64,000 nucleotides of DNA from Planctomycetota bacterium. Lineage in GTDB: Bacteria; Planctomycetota; JAJSAM01; JAJVHW01. The stretch lies in the NCBI GenBank assembly GCA_965248445.1, contig CBDFJG010000001.1, forward strand, positions 576,001 to 640,000, in the 5' to 3' direction. The notes under the pieces were generated by a model. It did no database searches and was not told where the DNA came from. It was given only the letters and a program-made list of their open reading frames with translations. Every line of letters begins with the position of its first letter. The first letter of the stretch is position 1. This document shows, piece by piece, positions 19,137 to 28,887 of this stretch. A program made the translations under genes and the position numbers.

Positions 19137-19888
19137 CCCCGCACCAACCGGAAGAACGCGTCTTCGAGGTTCGACTCACCGGTGCGTGCTTGCAGCTCCG
19201 CGAGCGTGCCCTTGGCGAGCACCTTGCCCTCGTGGACGATCACGATTCGATCGCACAGCCGCTCCGCCTCGCTGAAGAGGTGCGTCGAGAGGAGGATCGC
19301 CCGGCCCTGCGTGCGCGCGGACTCCACGAACTCCACGACGTTGCGCGCCACGATCACGTCGAGGTTGGCGGTCGGCTCGTCGAGCACGAGGACCGGCGGG
19401 TCGTGGATGATCGCCCGCGCCAGCGAGACCTTCTGGCGTTGTCCAGCGGAGAGCCGTCCACAGACCCGGTCGCAGAAGTCGTTCATCTCGAGCAGGTCGA
19501 GGACCTCGCTCACGCGGGCCGTGAGGGCGGTCTCGTCCATGCCGTGGAGACGGGCGTAGTACACGAGCGTCTCGCGGCCGGTCAGGCGTTCGTACACGCC
19601 CGTCGAGGACGACACGAACCCGAGTCGCCGGCGCACGCCGTCCGGGTCCTCCTGAACGTCGCGGCCGCCGACGCGCGCGCTGCCCGAAGTCGGCTGCAGG
19701 ATCGTGGCGAGGATACGCAGCGCCGTCGTCTTGCCGGCGCCGTTCGGTCCGAGCAGCCCGACGATCTCGCCGCTCGCACACGTGAACGACACGCCGTCCA
19801 CGGCGCGCACCTCGCCCCCGCCCGGAGCGCGGAAGATCTTGTAGAGGTCACGGACCTCGACGGCGGGGCCGGAGGTGAGTTCGCTCAA
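19133..19888 (-). CDS. NatA-like ABC ATP-binding protein
   Basis: GPNGAGKT, LSAGQRQ, LDEPT and STH. Probable TTG start overlapping the upstream stop. Confidence 0.9.
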   Translation of the reverse strand: MSELTSGPAVEVRDLYKIFRAPGGGEVRAVDGVSFTCASGEIVGLLGPNGAGKTTALRILATILQPTSGSARVGGRDVQEDPDGVRRRLGFVSSSTGVYERLTGRETLVYYARLHGMDETALTARVSEVLDLLEMNDFCDRVCGRLSAGQRQKVSLARAIIHDPPVLVLDEPTANLDVIVARNVVEFVESARTQGRAILLSTHLFSEAERLCDRIVIVHEGKVLAKGTLAELQARTGESNLEDAFFRLVRG

Positions 19889-20701
19889 TCGGGGATGTAG
19901 ATGTTGGAGTCGTCGTCGTCGTCCGAGTCGAGGCGCGCGATGAGGACGGTGATGTTGTCTTTGCCGCCGCGTTCGTTCGCGAGGTCGATCAGCGCCTGCG
20001 TGCTCCGCTGAAGATCCAGGTCGCTCATCTGCATCGTGGCGAGGATCTCCTGGCCGTTGGCGAGGTCCGACAGGCCGTCGCTGCAGAGCAGGTACAGATC
20101 CCCGGGCTCGGCGGGGAACACGTTCACGTCGGCCTTGCACTTGACGCCGGTCCCGATGGCCCGCGTGATGATGTTGCGGTAGGGACTGCGCTCGGCCTCC
20201 TCCGCGGAGATCAGCCCGGCGCGCAGCTGCGCGTTCACGAACGAGTGGTCCTCGGTGATCTGCTCGATGCCGCCGTCACGAATGCGATAGACGCGGCTGT
20301 CACCGACGTGCGCCACGACGACGAAGTCCTCCTGGTGGTAGACCAGCGCGACGGTCGTGCCCATCTCCTGATAGCGGTCGTCGATCGCACCGAAGCCATG
20401 TACGGCCTTGTTGACGTCACGCAGCCACGTGTCGAGCGTCTGCTTGAACGCATTCGCGACGACCGGCTCGGAGATGGCGCTCCGGCCACGCAGCGTCTCG
20501 GGGAAGTACTTCTTGAAGGTCTTGTTCAGCGTCGAGACGCAGAGCGAGGACGCCACCTCGCCGAAGTCCCGCCCGCCCATGCCGTCCGCGACCACGCAGA
20601 ACCCGTCCTTCTCGGACCAGTACAGCGTGTCCTCGTTCAGTTCGCGGCGGAGGCCCACGTCGGTCTTGCCGAAACACGTGATGCGGATGGCTGGTCCCCA
20701 A
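19885..20701 (-). CDS. PP2C-family (Stp1-like) Ser/Thr phosphatase, start uncertain
   Basis: TDVGLRRELNED, VADGMGG, MGTT, HVGDSR, LCSDGL and GGKDNIT. The conserved first strand lies upstream of the called GTG at 20658. Confidence 0.85.
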
Positions 20702-20803
20702 CTGCCCGAAGTGGATCAGGTCGGATGCTGCTGCGAGTGACGGGCTACCCCTTCTTCGACGGCATCGCTCGCGAGCCGCAATATAGGGCCCCGTGATCAG
20801 GAG

Positions 20804-21256
20804 ATGAGGATGCTCGACCGTCTGCTCGGCCTGACGCCAGCTCTTGGGATACTTCTCGGCCCGGTTCTCGCCCTCGGGGGCTGCGCCCTGTTCGGCGCCG
20901 GCCACACCGTCCACGCCACCCTGGCGCAGCAGGGCCGGGTGATGCGGCTGTCACCCGGCGACGACCTCGCGGTCACGCTCCCGAACGTCAGCGGTCCGTC
21001 TGCCAGTGCCTCAAGGGGCTTCGACTGGGCCCCCGCCGCCTACGACGAGGACGTCCTCTCTTACGACGACGATCCCGAGCACATCCGCTCCCTCAGGAAC
21101 GGCAAGCCCGACCCCTGGGCGCCGGCCTTCGAGCGCCACACGTTCCGGGCCCGCGGCACAGGCAAGGGCGAGATCCTGATGGGTGCGCCGGGTGCCGAGC
21201 CACTGGAGGGCGGCCTCTCCGGTCGCGCGTTCCGCCTCGGCGTGATCGTCAGGTAG
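20804..21256 (+). CDS. Lipoprotein, possibly with an I42/chagasin-like inhibitor fold
   Basis: Lipobox LGGC. GDDLAVTL...GFDW...ERHTFRARGTG pattern. Confidence 0.5.
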   Translation: MRMLDRLLGLTPALGILLGPVLALGGCALFGAGHTVHATLAQQGRVMRLSPGDDLAVTLPNVSGPSASASRGFDWAPAAYDEDVLSYDDDPEHIRSLRNGKPDPWAPAFERHTFRARGTGKGEILMGAPGAEPLEGGLSGRAFRLGVIVR

Positions 21257-21415
21257 GCCGCTCCGAGCCTGGAGTCCCGCGCTCGGTGTGCGGATTTCCT
21301 TCCCCGCGCGTGCGCGAGGCCGCACTACTCTCCGGGGCTCTTTGCCGACTCCGGGCCTCCGCTGGGATGTACCGGGCGGCTCGGCGCAGCTCGGCAGAGC
21401 CACGAAAGGACGGTC

Positions 21416-22657
21416 ATGACGACGGCAGGCGACTCCGGCGACCCTCTGATGGTCGCGTTCTCGGGCGGACTCGACACCACTTGGCTGGTGGCGCGATCAC
21501 GTGAGATCGAGGAGCGACGTCCGGTCATCACCGTGACGGTGGACACCGGGGGGTTCTCGCCCGAGGAGCTTCGTCAGATCGAGGACCGCTCCCGCCAGGC
21601 CGGAGCGGCCCGGCACGTCCTGATCGACGGGCGGCAGTCGGTGTTCGACCGGTTCGTGCGGTTCCTGATCGCCGGAAACTGCCTGCGCGGCGGGTCCTAC
21701 CCGCTGTGCGTGGCCGCCGAGCGGATCGTGCAGGCCGAGGAACTGGCGTGCGCCGCGCGGACCTCCCGCGTGCGCACCGTCGTCCACGGCAGCACCGGGG
21801 CCGGCAACGACCAGATCCGGTTCGACGTCGCGCTGGCGGTGCTGCTGCCGGAGGCCGAGGTCCGCGCCCCCGTGCGGGAACTCAGTCCCTCGCGCGAAGA
21901 GGAGTACGCGTTCCTCGAGGAGCGCGGACTGCCCGTGGACCGCGCCGCCAGGACGTACTCCGTCAACCGCGGGCTCTGGGGCACGACGATCGGCGGCGGC
22001 GACCTGCACCACCCGGAGAAGCCGATCCCGGCGGACTGCTGGGCCGACACGGCGGATCCGGATGCGTGCGACGCCGTGGGCGAGACCGTGGCGGTGACGT
22101 TCCGGCAGGGCGTGCCCGTCGCGCTCGACGACGCCGAGATGTCCGGGCCGGACCTCGTCGCGGCGCTGAACGAACGCGCGGCGGCACAAGGCGTCGGCCG
22201 CGGCATTCACACCGGCGACACCATCCTCGGTATCAAGGGACGCCTCGCGTTCGAGGCTCCTGCGGCGGCTGTGCTGGTCTTCGCGCACCGCGAACTCGAG
22301 AAGCTGGTGCTCACCAAGCGCCAGATGGAGTGGAAGGACCGCCTCGGCGCGTACTACGCCGCGCTGGTCCACGAGGCGCTCTACTTCGACCCGGTGGCGC
22401 GGGACATCGAGGCGTTTCTCGCGTCATCACAGACCACGGTCACGGGCACCGTGCGCGTGCGCTGCGTGCGCGGCCGCACCGAGGTCGCCGGGATCGAGAC
22501 CGACGCGTCGCTCATGGGGCGGCTCGGTTCGGTGTACGGCGAGGGTGCCGGCGCGTGGTCCGGCGACGAGGCGCGCGCGTTCGCGAAGCTGTACGGCTTG
22601 CCGTCGGTGCTCGCGGCGCGGCGGGACGCGGACCTGGCCGACGGCGGTGCGTCATGA
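21416..22657 (+). CDS. argG: Argininosuccinate synthase
   Basis: AFSGGLDT, HGSTGAGNDQIRF, IKGRLAFEAPA. Confidence 0.93.
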   Translation: MTTAGDSGDPLMVAFSGGLDTTWLVARSREIEERRPVITVTVDTGGFSPEELRQIEDRSRQAGAARHVLIDGRQSVFDRFVRFLIAGNCLRGGSYPLCVAAERIVQAEELACAARTSRVRTVVHGSTGAGNDQIRFDVALAVLLPEAEVRAPVRELSPSREEEYAFLEERGLPVDRAARTYSVNRGLWGTTIGGGDLHHPEKPIPADCWADTADPDACDAVGETVAVTFRQGVPVALDDAEMSGPDLVAALNERAAAQGVGRGIHTGDTILGIKGRLAFEAPAAAVLVFAHRELEKLVLTKRQMEWKDRLGAYYAALVHEALYFDPVARDIEAFLASSQTTVTGTVRVRCVRGRTEVAGIETDASLMGRLGSVYGEGAGAWSGDEARAFAKLYGLPSVLAARRDADLADGGAS

Positions 22658-23667
22658 AGACGCACCTCGACAAGATCGCTTCCTGCACCATCAACGCGAA
22701 GCTCGACCGCGAGGTCGAGGTCAGCGACCAGCTCGCGCCGGAACTCGGGCGGGTGGTCGTCGTGCGCGCATTGCGCGAGAAGACCGTCTACGACAAGGTC
22801 GAGCTGGTCAGCGGCCGCATGGCGAAGATCAGCAAGGACGACGTGATCGCGGGTGTGCTCGGCCGGCGTCGCGCGTTGCGCGGCTTCGTCGGTGACATCC
22901 CGGACGAGATCCGCGTCGGCGACCGGGTGCACATCCTGAACATCGGCGGCGTCGTCGGCGTCGTCGTATCGGGCAACCTCGACCTCGGACAGCCGCTGCT
23001 CTGCGAGGTCGTGGGCGCGGTCATGCACAACGGCGAACCGGCCAGCATCTCGAAGGGCATCCCGCCTCCGCCGGACACGCTCGGTGACGTGCCACTGATC
23101 CTCGTCGAAGGCACGTGCATGAACTCGGGCAAGACTTACGCGGCTGCAACGCTCATCCAGAAGCTGACGCAGCGGGGCTACCGGCTGAACGGCGCGAAGT
23201 TGACGGGCGTCGCGTGCATGCGCGACCAGCTCAACATGGAGGACCACGGAGCCGTGCGCACGAAGAGCTTCCTCGACGTGGGGCTGCCCTCGACCGTCGG
23301 CGTCGACGACGTCGCGGGCGTGGCGCGAACCCTCCTCGCGGACCTCGCGAGCGACAAGCCCGACGCGATCATCGCCGAACTCGGCGACGGCATCATCGGC
23401 TACTACGGCTGCGACAAGATCCTGGCCGACCCGGAGATCCGCAGGGCGACCAAGGCGCACGTCATGTGCGCCAACGACCTCGTCGGCGCGTGGGGCGCGG
23501 TCGAGGTCATGCGCAAGTGGGGTCTCGAGATCGACGTGCTGACCGGACCGGCGACGGACAACGACGTGGGCGAGGGCTACGCGAAGCAGGAACTGCGGCT
23601 GCCGGCAGCGAACGCACGGCTCAACCCGCACAAGCTCGCCGACCTGGTCGAAGGCCTGGTGTTCTGA
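22654..23667 (+). CDS. DUF1611-like P-loop protein of unknown function within the arg operon
   Basis: ATGA overlap with argG and TGATG overlap with argC. Motifs GTCMNSGKT, GAKLTG and ELGDGI. Confidence 0.7.
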   Translation: MKTHLDKIASCTINAKLDREVEVSDQLAPELGRVVVVRALREKTVYDKVELVSGRMAKISKDDVIAGVLGRRRALRGFVGDIPDEIRVGDRVHILNIGGVVGVVVSGNLDLGQPLLCEVVGAVMHNGEPASISKGIPPPPDTLGDVPLILVEGTCMNSGKTYAAATLIQKLTQRGYRLNGAKLTGVACMRDQLNMEDHGAVRTKSFLDVGLPSTVGVDDVAGVARTLLADLASDKPDAIIAELGDGIIGYYGCDKILADPEIRRATKAHVMCANDLVGAWGAVEVMRKWGLEIDVLTGPATDNDVGEGYAKQELRLPAANARLNPHKLADLVEGLVF

Positions 23668-24734
23668 TGATCGCGACGGCCGGACCGTCGACGCGATTCA
23701 AGATCGCCATCGCCGGTGCCAGCGGCTACGGCGGCGCGGAGATGCTCCGCTGGATCGCGGTGCACCCCAATCTCGAGGCGTGCGCGGTGACGTCGCGCCG
23801 CAACCAGGGGCGCGCCGTGCCGGAGGTGCACCCGAATCTGGCCGGCTTCCACGACGACCTGAACTTCGTCGGTAACGTCGACGACATGCTCGCGACGGAG
23901 CCGCAGGCAGTCGTGCTCGCCGTGCCGCACAAGACCGCTGCCGACATGGCGCTGAAGGTGCAGACGGCACTCCCGGACGTCCCGATCGTGGATCTGTCCG
24001 GCGACCATCGCCTGGACGACCCGGACTCGTATCGCGCGCACTACGGCGTGACGCACCCCCACCCCGGCGCACTGACGTCCGGCGAGTGGGTGTACGGGTT
24101 GAGCGAGGCAAACCGCGATCGCATCTGCAACGCGCGTCTCATCGCCAACCCCGGCTGCTACGCGACCGGCGCGGCACTCGCCGCGCTGCCGCTCTCGGAA
24201 GAAGGGCTGATCGCCGGACCGGTGCGGCACGTGGCGATCACCGGCTCGTCCGGCGGGGGCGTCGAAGCAAGACGCGGAACTCACCATCCCGAACGGGTCG
24301 AGAACGTGCGCGCATACAAGGTGCTGGCGCATCAGCACGTGCCCGAAATCGTGCGGTGCCTGCGCGAACACGGGATGGGCGACCACGCGTGGCACATGGT
24401 CCCGCAGTCCGGTCCGTTCGCCCGCGGCATCCTGACGACGCTGTTCGTCGAGCTCACGCGAGAGATGACGGGCGACGAGTTGCGCGGCATCTACGACGGC
24501 GCGTTCGAGAACGAGCCTTTCGTGCGCATGCGCGACGGCTCGCCGCAGATCGCCCACGTGCACGGCACGAACTTCTGCGACATCGCCGTGCACGTGGATG
24601 GCAAACAGGCAGTCGTGCTGTCGGCGATCGACAACCTCGGCAAGGGCATGGCCGGACAGGCCGTGCAGAACCTGAATCTCCTCCTCGGCCTGAACGAGGC
24701 CGCTGGCATCGCGGTGCCCGGGAGCCGGCCGTGA
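23667..24734 (+). CDS. argC: N-acetyl-gamma-glutamyl-phosphate reductase
   Basis: GASGYGG, DLSGDHRL, IANPGCY, IDNLGKGMAGQAVQNLN. Confidence 0.95.
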   Translation: MIATAGPSTRFKIAIAGASGYGGAEMLRWIAVHPNLEACAVTSRRNQGRAVPEVHPNLAGFHDDLNFVGNVDDMLATEPQAVVLAVPHKTAADMALKVQTALPDVPIVDLSGDHRLDDPDSYRAHYGVTHPHPGALTSGEWVYGLSEANRDRICNARLIANPGCYATGAALAALPLSEEGLIAGPVRHVAITGSSGGGVEARRGTHHPERVENVRAYKVLAHQHVPEIVRCLREHGMGDHAWHMVPQSGPFARGILTTLFVELTREMTGDELRGIYDGAFENEPFVRMRDGSPQIAHVHGTNFCDIAVHVDGKQAVVLSAIDNLGKGMAGQAVQNLNLLLGLNEAAGIAVPGSRP

Positions 24735-25897
24735 CCGAGGATATCCGCGACGCCGAGGCGCGGTACGGCATCCCGACGTACTCGCAGCTCCCGCTCACAC
24801 TGGTGCGCGGCGAGGGCTGCTACGTCTGGGACAGCGACGGCAACCGACACCTCGATCTCTACGGCGGGCACGCGGTTGCGCTGACCGGGCATTGCCACCC
24901 GCGCGTCGTGGCGGCGATCCGAGAGCAGGCAGGCAAGCTGCTCTTCTACAGCAACGCCGTGTCGAGCGACGTGCGTGCACGCGCACTCGAAGACCTGGCA
25001 GCGACGGCGCCCGAAGACGGCTTCCGCGTGTTCCTCTGTAACTCGGGGACAGAGGCGAACGAAGCCGCCATCAAGCTGGCGCGAAAGACGACCGGACGCC
25101 GTGAGGTCCTCTCGATGGAGGGCGGTTTCCACGGCCGCACGATGGGATCGCTGTCGGCGACACACCTCGGCCACTACCTCGCGGACTACGCCCCCGGAGT
25201 GCCGGGACACCGGTTCATCCCGTTCGGCGACCTCGACGCCGCAAGCGCCGCGATCAGCAGCGAGACCGCTTCGGTCATGCTCGAGCCGATCCAGAGCATG
25301 GCGGGGATGCAGACCGCCACGGACGAGTACCTGCGCGCGCTCCGCGCGCGGTGCGACGAACACGGTGCGCTGCTGCACTTCGACGAGGTGCAGACGGGGC
25401 CGGCGCGGACCGGAACCTGGTGGTACGGCGATCACGGCGGGGTCGTGCCGGATCTCATCAGCACGGCCAAGGGCCTGGCGAGCGGCGTACCCGCGGGTGC
25501 GGTGCTCGCGCGGGCGAACGTCGCCGAGGCGGTTCGGCACGGCGACCAGGGCACGACGTTCGGCGGCGGGATGCTCGCGTGCGCGGCGATCTCGGCAACG
25601 CTCGCCGTCGTGCGCGACGAGGGCCTGCTCGAGAACGCGACCCGGCGCGGCGCCGAGATCACAGAAGGCGTCTCGGCGCTCGCGGGCGTCACGGACGTGC
25701 GCGGACGCGGCATGCTGTTAGGGATCGCGCTCGATCGGCCGGCCAAGCCCGTCGTCGCGGCGCTACGCGATCGAAGGATCCTGACCGGCACGACGGTCGG
25801 CGATGCGCACGTCCTGCGCATCCTGTCCCCCATCACACTCGGCGACGCTCAGGTGGCGACGTTCATCACACAGCTGGGCGAGGTGCTCGATGCGTAA
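24731..25897 (+). CDS. argD: Acetylornithine aminotransferase
   Basis: NSGTEANE, FHGRT, DEVQTG, AKGLASG, GTTFGG, plus operon context. Confidence 0.9.
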   Translation: MTEDIRDAEARYGIPTYSQLPLTLVRGEGCYVWDSDGNRHLDLYGGHAVALTGHCHPRVVAAIREQAGKLLFYSNAVSSDVRARALEDLAATAPEDGFRVFLCNSGTEANEAAIKLARKTTGRREVLSMEGGFHGRTMGSLSATHLGHYLADYAPGVPGHRFIPFGDLDAASAAISSETASVMLEPIQSMAGMQTATDEYLRALRARCDEHGALLHFDEVQTGPARTGTWWYGDHGGVVPDLISTAKGLASGVPAGAVLARANVAEAVRHGDQGTTFGGGMLACAAISATLAVVRDEGLLENATRRGAEITEGVSALAGVTDVRGRGMLLGIALDRPAKPVVAALRDRRILTGTTVGDAHVLRILSPITLGDAQVATFITQLGEVLDA

Positions 25898-26891
25898 CCT
25901 GCTCTCGCTGGCGGACCTGCCGGGCAGGGAACTGGAAACCCTCCTCGCAGAGGCCGCGCGCATCGCGCGTGACGGCCCGGATCCCACGGCCCTGCGCGGC
26001 AAGCGCGTCGCTCTGCTCTTCCTCAACCCATCGCTGCGCACGCGCACGTCGATGGAACTCGCCGCCAAGACGCAGGGGGCGCACTCCGTCACGCTCGTGC
26101 CCGGCGCCGACGCTTGGAAGGTGGAGCTCGAACGCGGCGCGGTCATGAATGGAGAGGCTGCGGAGCACATGGTGGACGCGATCCGCGTGCTCTCGCGCAT
26201 GTGCGACGGGATCGGCGTCCGCACGTTCGCTGGATTGCGCGACGCCGACGAGGACCGGCAGGAGCGCGTGCTCTCTCTCATCGCGGAGGAGAGCACCGTT
26301 CCCGTCGTGAACATGGAGTCGGCTTTGGATCACCCGCTCCAGGCGCTGGCCGACCTGCAGACGCTGCAGGAGGAACTGGGTGATCTGCGCGGTGCGCCGG
26401 TCGCGCTGACGTGGGCGCCTCATCCGAAGGCGCTGCCGATGGCGGCGGCCGCCGCTTTCCTGCGCGGTGCCGCGCGCGTGGGCGCGGACGTCCGCGTCGC
26501 CGCCCCCGAGGGGTTCGCGCTGCCGGACGAACTCGTGGAGGAGGCGCGCACGCTGCTTCCCGGCACCGGCAGCGTCTCCACCACGAACGACCAGCGAGCG
26601 GCCGTGCAAGGCGTGCGCGCCGTGTACGCCAAGGCCTGGGCGGCTCCGGCTCTCTACGCGGATGCGGCCGCCGGAAGCGCTGGACGCGATCGAAACGCCG
26701 CCTGGACCGTCACGGAGGGTCTGATGGCGGAGGGCGCCGACGCGGTGTTCCTCCACTGCCTCCCCGTGCGCCGCAACGTGGTCGTCACGGACGAGGTGCT
26801 GGACGGGCCGCGCAGCCGCGTGTACCGCGAAGCGGAGCACCGGTATCACACGGCTTGCGCCGTGCTGAGCCGCGTGCTGGGAGGCGCGTGA
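25890..26891 (+). CDS. argF: N-acyl(acetyl/succinyl)ornithine transcarbamylase (ArgF')
   Basis: SLRTR, HPLQ, TWAPHPKALP loop and HCLPVRRNV, characteristic of AOTCase/SOTCase rather than OTCase. Confidence 0.88.
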   Translation: MRNLLSLADLPGRELETLLAEAARIARDGPDPTALRGKRVALLFLNPSLRTRTSMELAAKTQGAHSVTLVPGADAWKVELERGAVMNGEAAEHMVDAIRVLSRMCDGIGVRTFAGLRDADEDRQERVLSLIAEESTVPVVNMESALDHPLQALADLQTLQEELGDLRGAPVALTWAPHPKALPMAAAAAFLRGAARVGADVRVAAPEGFALPDELVEEARTLLPGTGSVSTTNDQRAAVQGVRAVYAKAWAAPALYADAAAGSAGRDRNAAWTVTEGLMAEGADAVFLHCLPVRRNVVVTDEVLDGPRSRVYREAEHRYHTACAVLSRVLGGA

Positions 26892-27802
26892 TGGACGACG
26901 TGAAGATCCTGATGCAGGCGCTGCCCTACATCCGCGCGCACCGCGGGAAGACGTTCGTCGTCAAGTTCGGCGGCGCGGTCGTGGAGAACACGGAGGCCTT
27001 GGCCACTCTCGCAAAGGACGTGTCCCTGCTCACGAGCGTCGGCATCGACATCTGCATCGTCCACGGTGGCGGGCCGCAGGCGACGGCGATGTCCGAGAAG
27101 CTCGGCCTCGCGCCGAAGTTCGTCGAGGGTCGCCGCATCACGGACGCCGACACGCTCGAGATCGCGAAGATGGTCTTCGCGGGCAAGATCAACCTCGAGA
27201 TCCTCGGCGCCCTGCGCGCGCAGGGCTTGAGTGCGGTCGGGCTCTCCGGGGTCTCCGGCGACCTCGTGCAGGCCGTCCGTCGCCAACCCACGGAGTATCG
27301 CGACGACGATACGGGCGAGAAGCGTGTGGTCGACATGGGCCACGTGGGCGACATCGAAAGTGTCGACACGTACCTGCTCCGAGAGCTGATGGACACGGGC
27401 CACGTACCGGTCGTGAGTTCGCTGGCCGCGGACGGTGACGGCAACTTCCTGAACATCAACGCCGACACGGTCGCGACGGCCATGGCGGTCGATCTCGCGG
27501 CCGACAAGTTCCTGCTGATGACCAACGTCGACGGCATCCTCCGCGACAAGGACGACCCGTCGTCCCTCGTCGCGACCGTGACCGCCGCCGAGGCGGAGAA
27601 GCTGATCGAGGACGGTGTGATCGCCAGGGGCATGATCCCGAAGGTCAACAACGCCCTCGACGCGCTGCGCGGCGGCGTGGATCGCGTGCACATCCTGAAC
27701 GGCGAGCGTCCGCACACGCTCCTGACCGAGCTGCTCACGAAGCGCGGCAACGGCACCTTGCTCACGCTGGAAGAACAGCCGCCGGGGTACCTCATCGGAT
27801 GA
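26891..27802 (+). CDS. argB: Acetylglutamate kinase
   Basis: VKFGG, VHGGGPQ, GRRITD, NINAD, GMIPK. Confidence 0.95.
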   Translation: MDDVKILMQALPYIRAHRGKTFVVKFGGAVVENTEALATLAKDVSLLTSVGIDICIVHGGGPQATAMSEKLGLAPKFVEGRRITDADTLEIAKMVFAGKINLEILGALRAQGLSAVGLSGVSGDLVQAVRRQPTEYRDDDTGEKRVVDMGHVGDIESVDTYLLRELMDTGHVPVVSSLAADGDGNFLNINADTVATAMAVDLAADKFLLMTNVDGILRDKDDPSSLVATVTAAEAEKLIEDGVIARGMIPKVNNALDALRGGVDRVHILNGERPHTLLTELLTKRGNGTLLTLEEQPPGYLIG

Positions 27803-28887
27803 GCACGCCGGTGTTCACCGCGGACGACCCGGTCGACCTGACCGTGCGCCTGGTCGAGACGCCGTCGGTCTCCGGCGGTGAGTCGGCGGTCGTCGGCCTG
27901 ATCGCCGAGGGGCTGCGCGCCGCAGGACTGCGGCCGATCGTGACCGGCCGCAACGTGCATGCCGTCGTAGAGGGCAAGCGCCCTGGCCGCCACACGCTCC
28001 TGCTGCAGGGGCACATCGACACGGTGCCCGCTGGACAGGATTGGACCCGCGATCCGTGGCGCGCGTCGCGAGAGGACGGGCGGATCTACGGCCTCGGGTC
28101 CAACGACACGAAGGGCGGCGTCGCCGCGATGATCTGCGCTTTCGCGGACCTCGCGAAGACGCGGGACTTCGGCGGGACGCTCGTGTTCGCTGCCACATGC
28201 GATGAGGAGACCGGCGGCGAGGGCCTCGAGACACTGCGCCCCCACCTGCCGCCGCTGACCGGCGCGGTGATCGCTGAGCCGACGACGCTGCGAGTCTGCA
28301 CGGCTCAGCGCGGGTTGATGCGAATCGTCGTCGCGTGCCACGGCCGTTCCGCGCACGCGTCGCGACCGTGGCAAGGCAGCAACGCGATCGAGTTGGCGCT
28401 GGCCGACATCGCGGCTCTCCGCGCGATCGAGGCGCCGGACGTGCACCCGCTGCTCGGACGCACGACCTGCACGCCCACCATGATCGAAGGCGGCGTCGGG
28501 TCCAACGTCGTCCCGCCGCTCTGCCGCTACACACTCGACGTGCGCCCCACGCCCAACTACCCGAACGCGTGGTGGGAGGAGCGCATCCGGGCCACGGTCC
28601 AGGGCGAGATCGAGGTGTTCCGGGGTCGCATGGTGCCGGTGGAGACCGAGCCCGGAGACCGGCTCGTGCAGGCGGCACTCCTGGCGGCCGCCACCGGCGA
28701 CGCGGCACCGTTCGGCGGCGTCAGCGATCTGTTCCACGTGCGCGACGTCGCCGGCGTCGTGCTCGGTCCAGGGCGCTCGGAGCAGAGCCACTCCCCCGAC
28801 GAGTGGGTGGAGGAAGAACAGGTGCGTGCGGCGGTCGCCGTGTACCGCGACCTTGTGCTGAGTTACCTGACGGGAGAGGCCGCATGA
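27799..28887 (+). CDS. argE: M20-family deacylase (ArgE/DapE-like)
   Basis: GHIDTVP, GLGSNDTKG, DEE, EPT, GPG...SH, plus operon context. Confidence 0.8.
   Translation: MSTPVFTADDPVDLTVRLVETPSVSGGESAVVGLIAEGLRAAGLRPIVTGRNVHAVVEGKRPGRHTLLLQGHIDTVPAGQDWTRDPWRASREDGRIYGLGSNDTKGGVAAMICAFADLAKTRDFGGTLVFAATCDEETGGEGLETLRPHLPPLTGAVIAEPTTLRVCTAQRGLMRIVVACHGRSAHASRPWQGSNAIELALADIAALRAIEAPDVHPLLGRTTCTPTMIEGGVGSNVVPPLCRYTLDVRPTPNYPNAWWEERIRATVQGEIEVFRGRMVPVETEPGDRLVQAALLAAATGDAAPFGGVSDLFHVRDVAGVVLGPGRSEQSHSPDEWVEEEQVRAAVAVYRDLVLSYLTGEAA

Noticed and set aside
16939..21416. Functional link between tRNA-Arg and the arg operon (T-box or attenuator)
   Set aside because: They are separated by four unrelated genes, and no T-box motif or clear Arg box was seen upstream of argG.
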